NCBI GenBank assembly: GCA_963695345.1
Contig: OY968769.1
Coordinates: 160,001 to 224,000, forward strand
DNA from: an uncultured Methanomassiliicoccales archaeon
GTDB lineage: Archaea; Thermoplasmatota; Thermoplasmata; Methanomassiliicoccales; UBA472
Reading direction: 5' to 3'
DNA: 64,000 nt
Notes under the pieces: model-generated
Databases searched by the model: none
What the model was told of the DNA's origin: nothing
Seen by the model: only the letters and a program-made list of their open reading frames with translations
Part shown: one piece after another, positions 43,325 through 53,780 of the stretch
Numbering within the stretch: position 1 is the stretch's first letter
Layout: each line of letters begins with the position of its first letter
Position numbers and translations under genes: made by a program

Positions 43325-46000
43325 TTAGTCAATCCTCTCCTCTACCAGTTCCCCCGTCTCGGAATTGATCCAGAGAATCGGTCGATTTAGACTGCGGGCG
43401 TATCGTACTGTCTCTCCGGTACCGCCTCGACCTGCCGCCTCGTCACCATTCCATATGGCTATCAGGACGTCGCAATAGTCTACGACGTATCTCCCGGCTC
43501 GTTCGTACGCCTCCTCTCTGGATTCTGTATGGGAAATGACCTCGACCGAGGCCGCTTGCCCAATATATCCTTCAAACTCCGCCTTTGAATCCGAGGATCT
43601 GAAATCCAGCAAGTAGTCCTCTTCTGGCATAGGTAGAATTGCCTCAATGATCGTTCTATGATCGCTATCCGAAGCATCGATTTCAAGCGCCTCTTTCACG
43701 ACGAGACGATCGGCCCCTTCCGCCAGCGGGGTAAGGATCACTCGATTGACCTTGCCGTTCCTAATGGCAAAGGACCAAATGCTATCCGTTCGAGCTATGG
43801 CCTGCCTTGTCCTCTTGCGTATATCATCTATCATTTCAGTTCGCAGATTCCTATGTCCAGTAACCCCTATGCGTATGGTTTCCAACGGGAACGGATGCTC
43901 CAAATATTTCTCATCCCCATATGCGCGCTTTAGAAGTGAATGGTCGGATTCCAGGATCCCTTTTTCCACCTCAATGCGGTAAATCGTAAGGTCGCCCCTT
44001 GCCAGGATTGAAGGCCATTCTGAGATCTCTTTGTCGACATTGTTATGAAATCTCAATATCGCATCCCTCTCCTTCGAGTCGAATTCGAACCTCTTGTTTT
44101 CAATTGGTCCCGTTCCTGATATTCCGCATCCGGCTGCTTTTACGCACGATTCTATCAGCCAGGCCTTATTCTGATATCTTGTCTTCTCTTGGGCATCCAA
44201 TGTGAACCAGAATGGGGCCTTTCGATTCGGAGGCTGCTTGTTATGATCGTCGAAGAAGATGGTTTGGGCGATAATGTCGTTAATGTCCATCTTGCATATT
44301 TTCTGGTAGACCCCAGCGAGGATCATGGGTATGTTACGGACTGAGCTTAGATCTTTGAATCTATCCGCGTCGTCCAATCTATCCCATTCAACCATGCTCC
44401 TATGCTGCTTCTTCTTCTTTCTCTTGTAAGCCCACCATCGTTCGTGTTCCATCCTGGATAGCCTGTCCAGCTCAAAGGGACTGAACTCAAATGGTTCCTC
44501 GAGCCAATCAGTTAAGGTCTCGACCTGACAGTTGATCGCCCTCATCTTTATGGAAATGCCATCGGCCTGAGCCCGGTTGTCATCTTTGAACTCCTCGCTT
44601 AATGGTCCCCACGGCAGCAACGAATCCTTCTTTGGTTCGCCCCTATGTTCGTTTAGGTACTCTTCATGGATCACTTGGGCGATGAGCTCGTTAGTGCCGT
44701 GCTCGATAAGCCCTCTGGTGCACACACTGTCCCATAGACCGAAGAAATGGACGTTCCCGACCATCGTCGTTTCCTTATCTTCGCTAAGGAGTTTAGCCAG
44801 ACCGTCGATCGTGTTCAACCGAACGACGATCGGGACGTTGAGAATCAGCTTCCTGAGCCCAATTGCATGCGATAGACCGACCTTGTCATCAGCGAGGCAG
44901 ATGAAGGCGCAAGAAAGGGGTTGTCCAACCTTAAGTTCAGATGATAGGTCCTTTCCAATGCCGTCATCTGAATTGAGATGTGAATCGATTCCTTCAATGA
45001 GGCAGACATCTTCAAGGAAGGATATGTCGGAATAGAGATTTCATTCTCTTTTTGGCGGCCTTATCCACGACCGTAATGGACAGTCGGACCCCGGATTTCT
45101 TGAATGTTCTTATCCATTTTCTGGCCGCCCCGATCAAAATTTTCTCGCCCATATCTCCCAGGCCAAGGATCAATATGTGACCATTAGGTAGCTGATCATC
45201 TTGAATATCTGGATATGGAAAATGCTCGTTAAGCACCATCCTGGCGCCCTGTTCCCAGAAATTGAAGAACTCCAATCTGATGTTCTTGTGATTGGTGTTC
45301 AGTTCCCGGGTCTTCATCAGTGTTCGGAGTTGCTCATCCTGGACGTGAACATAACAGGTTAGAGGGTCTGAACTGCGCCCATCGACCAGTTTCAACGCAT
45401 GGAATCCGATATCTGCGTTCCCATCATCAGAACCGATGGAGGGAACAATGAACCTGGCTCTTTTTATTCCAGCCTTTTCCAGAACGTCCTCATCCGTGGC
45501 ATCGCCATAGAGTATTAGGGAGTTCGAGTCCTTTTCATCCTCAAGGAATCCATTGTTCTTGTTCTTCTCTATGATCACCACCTGATATTCACTCTCAAGG
45601 GCCTTGACGAAACGGGAACCTACTTTGCCCGCACCGCAGATAATGACGTGGTCGCCGCAGGACATCAGCAATAAACGGCGCAATGGTTCGGAAAATGCTT
45701 TCGAAACTATCAAAGACGCAGTCCATAGGGAAAAGAACAGCGCGGTCCAACGAGCGATGTCGAGAAGCATGGAATAGGCATTGCCAGACCAATCGAGCAG
45801 GCCAGATCGGAGTAAGAACAGTTGGAATGTATAATAGATAGTGTCTGGCCAGGATACGTTCATACCTTTGTGGACAAAATATTCCTGGAAACCGAAATAG
45901 CCAAAGATGACCGTGATCAACCATGCAAAGGCAAAGACATACAGACCGAACCGCCGAATAAAACGACCGAGCGGCTAATTCCTCTTCTTATTCCATTGAT
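43325..46000 (-). CDS. 2TM channel-like / TrkA_N (x2) / RyR / SLOG multidomain protein (frameshift near 45030, start uncertain)
   Basis: TM-DTIYYTFQLF-TM; HVIICGAGKVG, GDATDEDVL..AGI and HILILGLG.MG; RyR IAQVIHEEY..PW..L.EEFKDDNR..A and SRMEHERW; SLOG IGVTGHR, LAEGAD, AY..AG..VVD.CDVLIAIWNG....GGT...V.YA. Confidence 0.8.
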
Positions 46001-46482
46001 CATTTTGCGCTCGATCGATATATTACGAGGGGCGGTCACATCTTCAGCATCATTCTCTATTAGTTTATATTTTCTCAATATTTTTTATTTAGCCTGAGCT
46101 TGACCAGTTGGACCTCTGAAATTTCACTAGTTTTTGAATCTGACAGGAGATTGCTAGAGGCAGGAACTCAAATGAAATCGCCCAAAGACGGGCGATTGCT
46201 AGGTCGCACATAGATATTCGGCCAAAATGGCCTTGTTAACCGGGCGATGGGAGGAGGCCTTGCAGATGTTCATGGACTCCTTTTTCGAACGGTTCATGAC
46301 CTATGTCGAATTGGATGAGGAAAAGCTTAAGCCAAATGAAAGAGAACAACGAGATATTCTCCGTATGATGATTCCTGATTGGCAAAGACAATTGGAGAGA
46401 GTCGGCCAAAAATAATTGGAAAACGTTCAAAGCGCTATCGACCAGTCAAAAATCTAACCCGACCTGAGCCGGACGAAGTTCC

Positions 46483-46737
46483 CTATTGGACCAGCTCGAT
46501 TACGGCTACTGCACTTTGTCCGGTGGTGTCCGCCTCTATTTCCTTCCTGGTCACATCCTTTTCATAGAGCCGTATCTTTCCATCCGGGAGGTTAATTATC
46601 TGGAGAGTGCTGGCTTGTTTGACCACCTGCTCCGAATGTTCCAAGCTTCTGTAGATGCCTTCGATCTTTCTGATCGTACTGTCATCACTGCCAGTGTAAT
46701 GTTCATTCCTACGAATTCTGTATGCCGTTTCTGCCAT
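46483..46737 (-). CDS. Hypothetical 84-aa protein
   Basis: Intact ORF with a TATA-like TAAATATATA upstream. No recognisable motif. Confidence 0.45.
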   Translation of the reverse strand: MAETAYRIRRNEHYTGSDDSTIRKIEGIYRSLEHSEQVVKQASTLQIINLPDGKIRLYEKDVTRKEIEADTTGQSAVAVIELVQ

Positions 46738-46973
46738 TTCAATCGCTAAGATTACTCCATTCGATGTCTATATATATTTAAGGATGGAAAAAATCCAGCT
46801 AAAAGGGGCATGCGATGAGGGTTAAGCCCCCATATATAAGGCAGGGAGCTCCCTAGCTCCATCCCTCGATCTCGATGAAAATAAGATCCGCTTGATGAGA
46901 AAGTCGGACAAGTGGATATCACTTTTATGGACGGGCTCGTGTTTACAAATGGCGATGTCAAGTGGCGATAGCA

Positions 46974-47105
46974 ATGAATTGGGGAACGCTGGGGCTCGGA
47001 TCGGTCGTGGCATTCGTCATAGGTTGGTTCCTATTTGGCCTGCTTGGCGCGGTGATATTGGCGATCATTGTTCTAGTTCAAATGGGAATACTGAAATTCA
47101 GATAA
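46974..47105 (+). CDS. 43-aa hydrophobic membrane peptide A (not in the ORF track)
   Basis: MNWGTLGLGSVVAFVIGWFLFGLLGAVILAIIVLVQMGILKFR*, similar to 47323-47493. Confidence 0.7.
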   Translation: MNWGTLGLGSVVAFVIGWFLFGLLGAVILAIIVLVQMGILKFR

Positions 47106-47322
47106 TAGGTGAAATAATGGCCCAGCTGAGACCTGCCGTTTTCAGTTGGAATCTCTTTCCCAGTCGTTTGGGTGATTCCTTACCATTCATACGATGGAAT
47201 GAATATATCACTCAGGTGGTCTAACCTTGTATGAAATCTAACAGATAATCCATTGAAAAGAAACTGGTGAAGGTCGACACTTTAATTAGGCATGGGCTGC
47301 GCTTCATTCGTCGGGTGATGGA

Positions 47323-47493
47323 ATGGCTATGAGCATGAATTGGGGAGCAATAGGAATTATCGGAGTCGTACTATTTCTGATCGGCTGGTATTTTTTTAGT
47401 TTACTGCCCGCCGTATTAATTGCACTAGCTGTAGTCGTCTTGATGAGCATTCTGAGAATAGGCTGGAAAAGACCGAATCCTAAAGAGAAGTGA
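47323..47493 (+). CDS. 56-aa hydrophobic membrane peptide B (not in the ORF track)
   Basis: GGGTGA RBS, then MAMSMNWGAIGIIGVVLFLIGWYFFSLLPAVLIALAVVVLMSILRIGWKRPNPKEK*. Confidence 0.7.
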   Translation: MAMSMNWGAIGIIGVVLFLIGWYFFSLLPAVLIALAVVVLMSILRIGWKRPNPKEK

Positions 47494-47599
47494 GAATATT
47501 ATTTGAAAAGGGATCAAACATATCTGTTGGACAAGTTCACTGAAGAGGGGATCGTTCCTCACGATCATAACGCTGCAGAACGTCATGGGCATGGACTCG

Positions 47600-47800
47600 G
47601 ATGAAATCGGAGATAGCATCAAGCATATCACTCAGGTGGCTGGTTCGCGTTCAAACCGACCGATCTGAGGCGGACGTTCGGGTCACACACCGTGGTTGCA
47701 GCATAGACATCGTGACAAATCGCGGGGGTATGAGGCACAGGTCCCCGGACTTGACCTCCCGGTGCCATTTCGGAGGACCGAGGACATGTTCTCGACGGCT
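47600..47800 (+). pseudogene. Tyrosine recombinase/integrase C-terminal remnant
   Basis: FKPTDLRRTFG (47650-47682), then after a shift GCSIDIV...MRHRSPDLTSRC, matching the box II H-LRR..H..T..Y pattern in degenerate form. Confidence 0.55.
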
Positions 47801-47904
47801 ATGGACAATCTTGTACCAAACACGCCGAGCCGTTCTAAACACATGTTCATATTATCCTAACCCAGGGTGCGCCGAATAGCGACGAATGATGCTGGTAGCC
47901 TCCA

Positions 47905-48315
47905 TCAGGCCAGCTTCTTCCCCACGTTCGGACCCGGGGTCTGATCGTAGATCGATCCGGGCTCCATGTACCATACCCCGATCACCGTGATACCGCGTGA
48001 CTTGACCTTCTCGTTCATCATGTCGAGGAGCGGGCCGGACGTCTTGTACTCCTTGATCATCGCGTGCACTTGGAAGGCGTTGCCGCCGGTGACGATAAGG
48101 ACCACCGGCCTCTCCCCGTTCCTCTGCATACCCTCCATGTTGAGGTGGGTCTTTTTCATGAACACCACTCCAAACACGATGTTGTTCGGGTCCGGGGCCA
48201 TCATGCTTCCCAGCGGAATCGCGTTTACCTCACCATCAGGCGTTTTCGTCGCAAGCACCTTCACGCTCGTGGGATCGTTGAGCGCGTTCATGACTTCTTC
48301 AGGCAGAGCTACCAT
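47905..48315 (-). CDS. Pyridoxamine-5'-phosphate oxidase-like FMN-binding protein
   Basis: VLATKTPDGEVNAIP, FMKKT..N and IYDQTPGPNVGK motifs. Confidence 0.85.
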   Translation of the reverse strand: MVALPEEVMNALNDPTSVKVLATKTPDGEVNAIPLGSMMAPDPNNIVFGVVFMKKTHLNMEGMQRNGERPVVLIVTGGNAFQVHAMIKEYKTSGPLLDMMNEKVKSRGITVIGVWYMEPGSIYDQTPGPNVGKKLA

Positions 48316-48425
48316 GGGATTATCACCAGGACATTCATTGCACCAAGGATACGATGAACCTTTGCCCTAGGTCTTTTATTCAGAGGGCTGATATGACTCC
48401 GAGATCGTAAGATCTGACAGGGGAA

Positions 48426-51069
48426 ATGGAAAAAATGCGGAAAGAGGAAGTCTCCAACACCGGGCTCCCCGGCCTGGACAATATCCTGAACGGAGTCATA
48501 CTGGGAGATAACGTTGTCTTTCAGGTGGACACCATTGATGACTATTCCCGTTTCGTGAAGCCATTTTGTATCGAGGCGGGGAGGCGAAACAAGGATCTGA
48601 TCTACTTCCGTTTTGCCAACCACAAGGAAGTGATCCCCGAGGGATACAGCGACCACGTTTTTGTGCTGCACCCCGAGCAAGGATTCGAGATTTTCATCTC
48701 TGATATTTTCAATGTCATTGAAAGATTCGGGAAAGGGGCATTCTATGTCTTCGATTGCCTGTCAGAACTATCCGTCGATTGGTACAGCGACCGCATGCTG
48801 GGCAACTTCTTCATGCTGACCTGCCCCTATCTCTACGATTACAAGACGGTCACCTATTTCGCACTCGTCCGCAACCGCCATTCCTCGTTTGCCATCGATG
48901 CCATCCATAATACCGCACAGGTCGTCATGGACGTATTCAATCACAAGAACGAGATATATGTCCACCCCCTGAAAGTGGATGGCAGGCGGTCAAGAACCAT
49001 GTACATGCTGCATCGCTGGGAAGGGGAGGAATTCAAACCCGTCCTGACCAGCACGATGACGGCGGAGATCCTATCGGGGGTTCCTCAACCATGGTTGGAT
49101 TTCTCCATGCACCAGCGGGACATATGGACAAGAAGTTTCTCGCTGGCACAGGAGATGGTCAATACCACAGAGTCTGACGGATCGGAGGAGTTGAAGAGCA
49201 GTCGCCTCTTTGACCGATTGGTACGCATGGCCATAACGAGGGATGCTCGACCGTTGAGGCTGATCGAACAGTACCTCGATTTCTCGGACGTCGTTGACAT
49301 CGGAAAGCGCATGATCGGGACAGGGCTGATCGGCGGAAAATCCGTCGGGATGCTGCTGGCTCGCGCCATCCTGAAGAAAAATAACGTGGAGTGGTCGAAC
49401 AAGCTCGAGCCTCATGATTCCTTCTTCATCGGTTCGGACGTGTTCTACACATATCTGATCCAAAACCATTGCTGGTGGATCAGGCGAAAGCTCAACGATC
49501 CCGAGTCCGGATTTGTTCTGGACGCGAAGGCCAAAGAGCGACTGTTGACCGGGATATTTCCCAACGACATCGAAGACCAGTTCATGAAGATGCTCGAATA
49601 TTTCGGGCAGTCCCCCATCATCGTCCGTTCCTCCAGCCTTCTGGAGGACGCCTACGGGAATGCCTTCTCCGGGAAATATGAGAGCATCTTCTGCGCCAAT
49701 CAGGGGACGCCCCAGGTCAGGCTTGAGAACTTCTTGAACGCGATCCGCAAGGTCTATACGAGCACTCTGAGCGAAGAGGCCCTGGCATATCGAGAGCATT
49801 GGGGCCTGCTCGACCGGGATGAGCAGATGGCGATCCTTGTGCAGCGCGTATCCGGTTCCGTATATGATGATCAGTTCTTCCCCCAGATCGCCGGGGTGGG
49901 AGTATCCTACAATCCATACGTATGGAACAAGGAGATAGACCCCGAGGCGGGAATGATACGCCTTGTCTTTGGTCTCGGGACAAGGGCGGTTGACCGGATA
50001 GAAGACGATTACACCCGCATCGTGGCCTTGAACGCTCCATCAAGAAGGCCGGAATCCAGTTCCGAGGACATAAGGACGTTCTCCCAGAAAAGAGGAGACA
50101 TCATAGATCTGGCTGGAAATCGCCTCACGACAAGGTCTTTCGAGGAGGTGGTGGGAAAACTTCCCGATTATCCCATTGACATTTTCGCCTCCCGTGATCT
50201 TGCCTTGGAAAGGCGTATTCAGGATGCCGGAGGAAAGGAGGTCTTTTCGTGGATGCTTACTTTCGATGACCTGCTGTCCAAAGGGCCGTTCGTGAAAGAC
50301 ATGAGGGACATGATGAGCATCCTTGAAGATGCCTATGATCATCCGGTCGATATCGAGTTCACAGCAAACTTTTCGGACGTCTCCGATTACAAAATAAACC
50401 TCCTCCAGTGCAGGCCATTCCAGTCCAAGGGGAATATCTTGGCCGTGGAGAACCCGCGCTCCATCCCGAAAGACAGGATCGTCCTGGAATCCAAAGGACC
50501 GGTCATCGGAAGCAATAAGTCGGTCACCATCGACAGGATCATCTACGTTGTTCCGGAGGTCTATGGAAACATGAAAATGAGCGACAGATACGCGGTTGCC
50601 AGGCTTGTCGGGAAATTGACCCACTTGAAGGACAAGGGAGAAAAGCCGACCATTCTGCTTGTCGGGGCCTGGACGATGGGCAACGGCCGATCCCAGTCTG
50701 GGAGTCCCTGTCTCATTCTCTGAGATCAACACTGTCTCCGTACTCTGCGAAGTGGTCGCTATGCATGAAGGGCTGGTCCCTGAGGCATCCTTGGGGACGC
50801 ACTTCTTCAACGATCTGGTCGAGGTGGACATGCTCTATTGCGCAGTTTACCCCAAGAAGGATGGAGATACTCTGAACCAAGAATTCTTTGGCAAATCCGA
50901 GAATCGACTGACCTCCCTGTTGCCTGAAGCGAGTCCATACAGCTCTGCGGTCAAGGTCATCGATGGGAGCGGAGATAAGACCGGCCTTATGATCTGCGTG
51001 AATTCAGATGTGTCAAGACAGAGGCTGACCTGTTACCTCGACTCCAAGGAGGACAAGACCGATCAATAA
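48426..51069 (+). CDS. KaiC/RecA-like N-terminal domain fused to a PPDK/PEP-synthase nucleotide-binding domain (frameshift near 50665)
   Basis: TGLPGLDNILNG; IGGKSVG, PIIVRSSSLLED..G.AFSGKYES, GLGTRAV, VDIEF, LLQCRP, GPGRW and SLGTHFF motifs. Confidence 0.85.
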
Positions 51070-51196
51070 CATCCATGTCGGAACGAATGAGCGGTCAGCG
51101 TTGACGTCCCACCGACCAAGGGTTCTGCCTCTCAAACGACCTGGTCCATGCGTTACCGATGATCTAGCGTCCTGCTATCCAGCCGCACCCACCCGA

Positions 51197-52198
51197 TCAT
51201 CCAGCCCAGGCGATTATGTTAGTGCCGCCGGCTTCCGAATAGTCATCACCCTTGATGAACCGGACGTTGCTGGCGCTTATCTTGTAGTCCCTCTCCACCA
51301 GGATGTGGGAAATGTCGTTGGTGATGCTGGACGACGTGAAAACCCGGTCGCTGCCGGAGGATATGGCCGATTGCTCGCATGCCGCCATGAGCGAGGACAT
51401 GACCGCCCCTCGATCAGATATCCTCGGGTCGGTGAGCAGCAGCCGGATCGAGACCATGTGCAGCCCTTCCAGCGGGGCCTCCATGAGCAGCGCCACGCCC
51501 TTGGTGACGCCATCGTGATGGAATTGGAACGCCTTGCCGAGCGAGTGCTTCAGCACCATCCTGAACTCCGAGGTGCAGTCCATTCCCGGATAGACCACCG
51601 AGCTCAGTCCCTTTATCTCCTCGACATGCTCGGCCAGGTTGGCGTAGGTCAGTTCCTTGATGCCGACGACGAAATATCCTGCCGGCCGCAGCTTCTTTTC
51701 GGCGAAGACGGTGACGCCCACCGATCGATAACCCAGGCCAGCATAGAATTTCTTGTTCCGCTCGTTGTCGCTCATCGTCTCCACGCCGAGGACCCGGCAG
51801 CCTCGGGATTCCAGGTATCCGTGGCAGGCCTGCATGAGCGCCTTTCCGATTCCGGAGCCCTGGTGCACCGGAAGTACTTCCACCGGTCCGACCCATCCGA
51901 CGCTGCCCCACACATGACTATAGGCGGCGCCGACCACCTCATCGGCGAGCAATGCGACGTAGCAACCTAAAGGCTCTTCCTCGATGGCAGCCTGGACTAT
52001 CTTGGCCGGACGGATTGGGTAGTCCACCTCCCTTCCCAGGTCGTCCGAGGCGACCTTTGACCAGGCGGCCTTGCCGATGGCCTGCGCTAACGGAATGTCG
52101 TCTATGACCATGGGGCGAATGGTCACCGGACCTACCGTCCCTTTCGCCTGCACCACGAATCCCGTCCCGGCCATGGACGGCAAAACGACCTCTCCCAT
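51197..52198 (-). CDS. GNAT-family N-acetyltransferase (tandem GNAT)
   Basis: VLPVHQGSGIGKALM and NKKFYAGLGY motifs. Confidence 0.85.
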   Translation of the reverse strand: MGEVVLPSMAGTGFVVQAKGTVGPVTIRPMVIDDIPLAQAIGKAAWSKVASDDLGREVDYPIRPAKIVQAAIEEEPLGCYVALLADEVVGAAYSHVWGSVGWVGPVEVLPVHQGSGIGKALMQACHGYLESRGCRVLGVETMSDNERNKKFYAGLGYRSVGVTVFAEKKLRPAGYFVVGIKELTYANLAEHVEEIKGLSSVVYPGMDCTSEFRMVLKHSLGKAFQFHHDGVTKGVALLMEAPLEGLHMVSIRLLLTDPRISDRGAVMSSLMAACEQSAISSGSDRVFTSSSITNDISHILVERDYKISASNVRFIKGDDYSEAGGTNIIAWAG

Positions 52199-52326
52199 GA
52201 TAAACGTGATGGGATGAATGTCCCTGGCGGTATCGAAGGATGTGTCCGGCCGAATCTGAGTAGTCCGCCCCCACGTAAAGTAGGAAATAAGTCGATGTTC
52301 CAGTGTTGCCGGCATCGATGAGGTAA

Positions 52327-52716
52327 TCAATGCCGATGTTCTGGTATTCGTATGACATCATCACAATGAAAAATCACCATATCAACGTCCATTGGTCTTC
52401 TTGTATTGCTATTTGTCACACCAGGTGGCGGGTCTCTTCCAGTATTCGTCCGGTAGGCATTCTGGACAGCATTCCCAAAAGACCACTTTAGGAAGAATGA
52501 TTTCTTCTCATCAACGAAGAGATAACTATCCCGAAAAACCTGGTTCCCTTGTTCCTTTGGAACTCTGATATTTATTGCCAGCATATGGAAATCTTCCCAG
52601 GGTATGTTTTCTGAATTTCTTCCAAAACGCTGGTGGAGCATCACTCCTGAAGATGTTATTTCCACTGATTTTGGTCGCCGTATCAATTCCACCTCGAGTC
52701 CAGAGTACCAAAGCAC
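52327..52716 (-). CDS. Hypothetical low-GC membrane-associated protein (start uncertain)
   Basis: An in-frame hydrophobic segment lies upstream. PH-like pattern (P.SVEIT..G...IPWED). Confidence 0.4.
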   Translation of the reverse strand: MLWYSGLEVELIRRPKSVEITSSGVMLHQRFGRNSENIPWEDFHMLAINIRVPKEQGNQVFRDSYLFVDEKKSFFLKWSFGNAVQNAYRTNTGRDPPPGVTNSNTRRPMDVDMVIFHCDDVIRIPEHRH

Positions 52717-52918
52717 AAGAATTCCAATAGGTATGACGATAGCTACTGCGCGCCAGTAGAAACCATCTTCAATGGCAATTCATAGTAAGACGACTGCATG
52801 CATGTGATATACTAAATATCCAAAAGAGCAGATGCCGAAGGTTCATGGGTTATCCAGTAACTGGTTCTCCATTTTCACAACCTCCACCGATGAATCCGGA
52901 AAAGAACTAGAGGCGCCG

Positions 52919-53317
52919 TCACCACTTGATCTCGCGGTTGCACTTTGGACAGACGGCCGTTCCATGGGGGAACAGCTGGCCGCAATAGGGGCAGGCGTAG
53001 GTCGGGTTCTGGAGGATGGGCTGGGGCGGTCCGCCGCAGAAGGGTTTGCTCAGGAAGCCCACCATCATGACAACGAAACCGAGGATGGCGAAGACTATGA
53101 ACAGTGCGCCCAGATCGGAGTAACCGGTCACCGATTCCTGGAATGCGATACCGTATCGGTAGATCGTGTCCGTGTGCGTGACGGTGAAGGCCCAGACGGC
53201 AGCTCCAGTGAACACCGCGCCGAACAGCCCGCCAAGAATGGCCAATCCCTTTCGCATCCCACGGTCATGAGGCTCCGGATTAATGAGACTATCCTCATGA
53301 TTTACGGGATGGGTCAA
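52919..53317 (-). CDS. Two-TM protein with C-terminal zinc ribbon
   Basis: Two hydrophobic helices, then CPYCG...CPKC. Confidence 0.7.
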   Translation of the reverse strand: MTHPVNHEDSLINPEPHDRGMRKGLAILGGLFGAVFTGAAVWAFTVTHTDTIYRYGIAFQESVTGYSDLGALFIVFAILGFVVMMVGFLSKPFCGGPPQPILQNPTYACPYCGQLFPHGTAVCPKCNREIKW

Positions 53318-53362
53318 TTGCGACTAGGTCGGTCCGTTGTATCGGACCATATTCCTCTCGGA

Positions 53363-53746
53363 TCAGGGGGATAGGGGTTGCAGCAATCCGATCGGGTTCC
53401 CTTCCGGGTCGGCTATCCAGGCGATGAAACCGACGTTCGGGACCTCGGTCTTCGGTGCCAGCACCCGGCCGCCGCTGTTGACGGCCTTCTCCAGGTAATC
53501 GTCCACCGACTCCACGCTGTAATAGTTGATGGGTACCTGGCTGCGTTCCGTCCTCTTGTACATCCCGCCGTTGACGCCGGGCTCTTTGAGCATGCCCTGT
53601 TCATCGGTCGGTACCGTGTGGACCATGACGTACTCCACCTGCCCACTCAGGTCGATCAACTTCCAGTCAAAGACCGCCCTATAGAATTCCATCATCCTCG
53701 GCAGGTCGTCCGCCGGGATCTCGAAATGCACTATGGTGTGGTTCAC
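53363..53746 (-). CDS. VOC/glyoxalase family protein
   Basis: VHFEIPADD...FY..VFDW, NGG and DPEGNPIGL motifs. GGTGA RBS before the GTG start. Confidence 0.9.
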   Translation of the reverse strand: MNHTIVHFEIPADDLPRMMEFYRAVFDWKLIDLSGQVEYVMVHTVPTDEQGMLKEPGVNGGMYKRTERSQVPINYYSVESVDDYLEKAVNSGGRVLAPKTEVPNVGFIAWIADPEGNPIGLLQPLSP

Positions 53747-53780
53747 TGTTTCACCGCATGCACTTCTGACCTCCGGGGCC

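Noticed and set aside
45975-45980. In-frame TAG upstream of the channel ORF as pyrrolysine read-through
   Set aside because: There is no start codon between that TAG and the preceding TAA in the same frame. A frameshift explains the N-terminus better.
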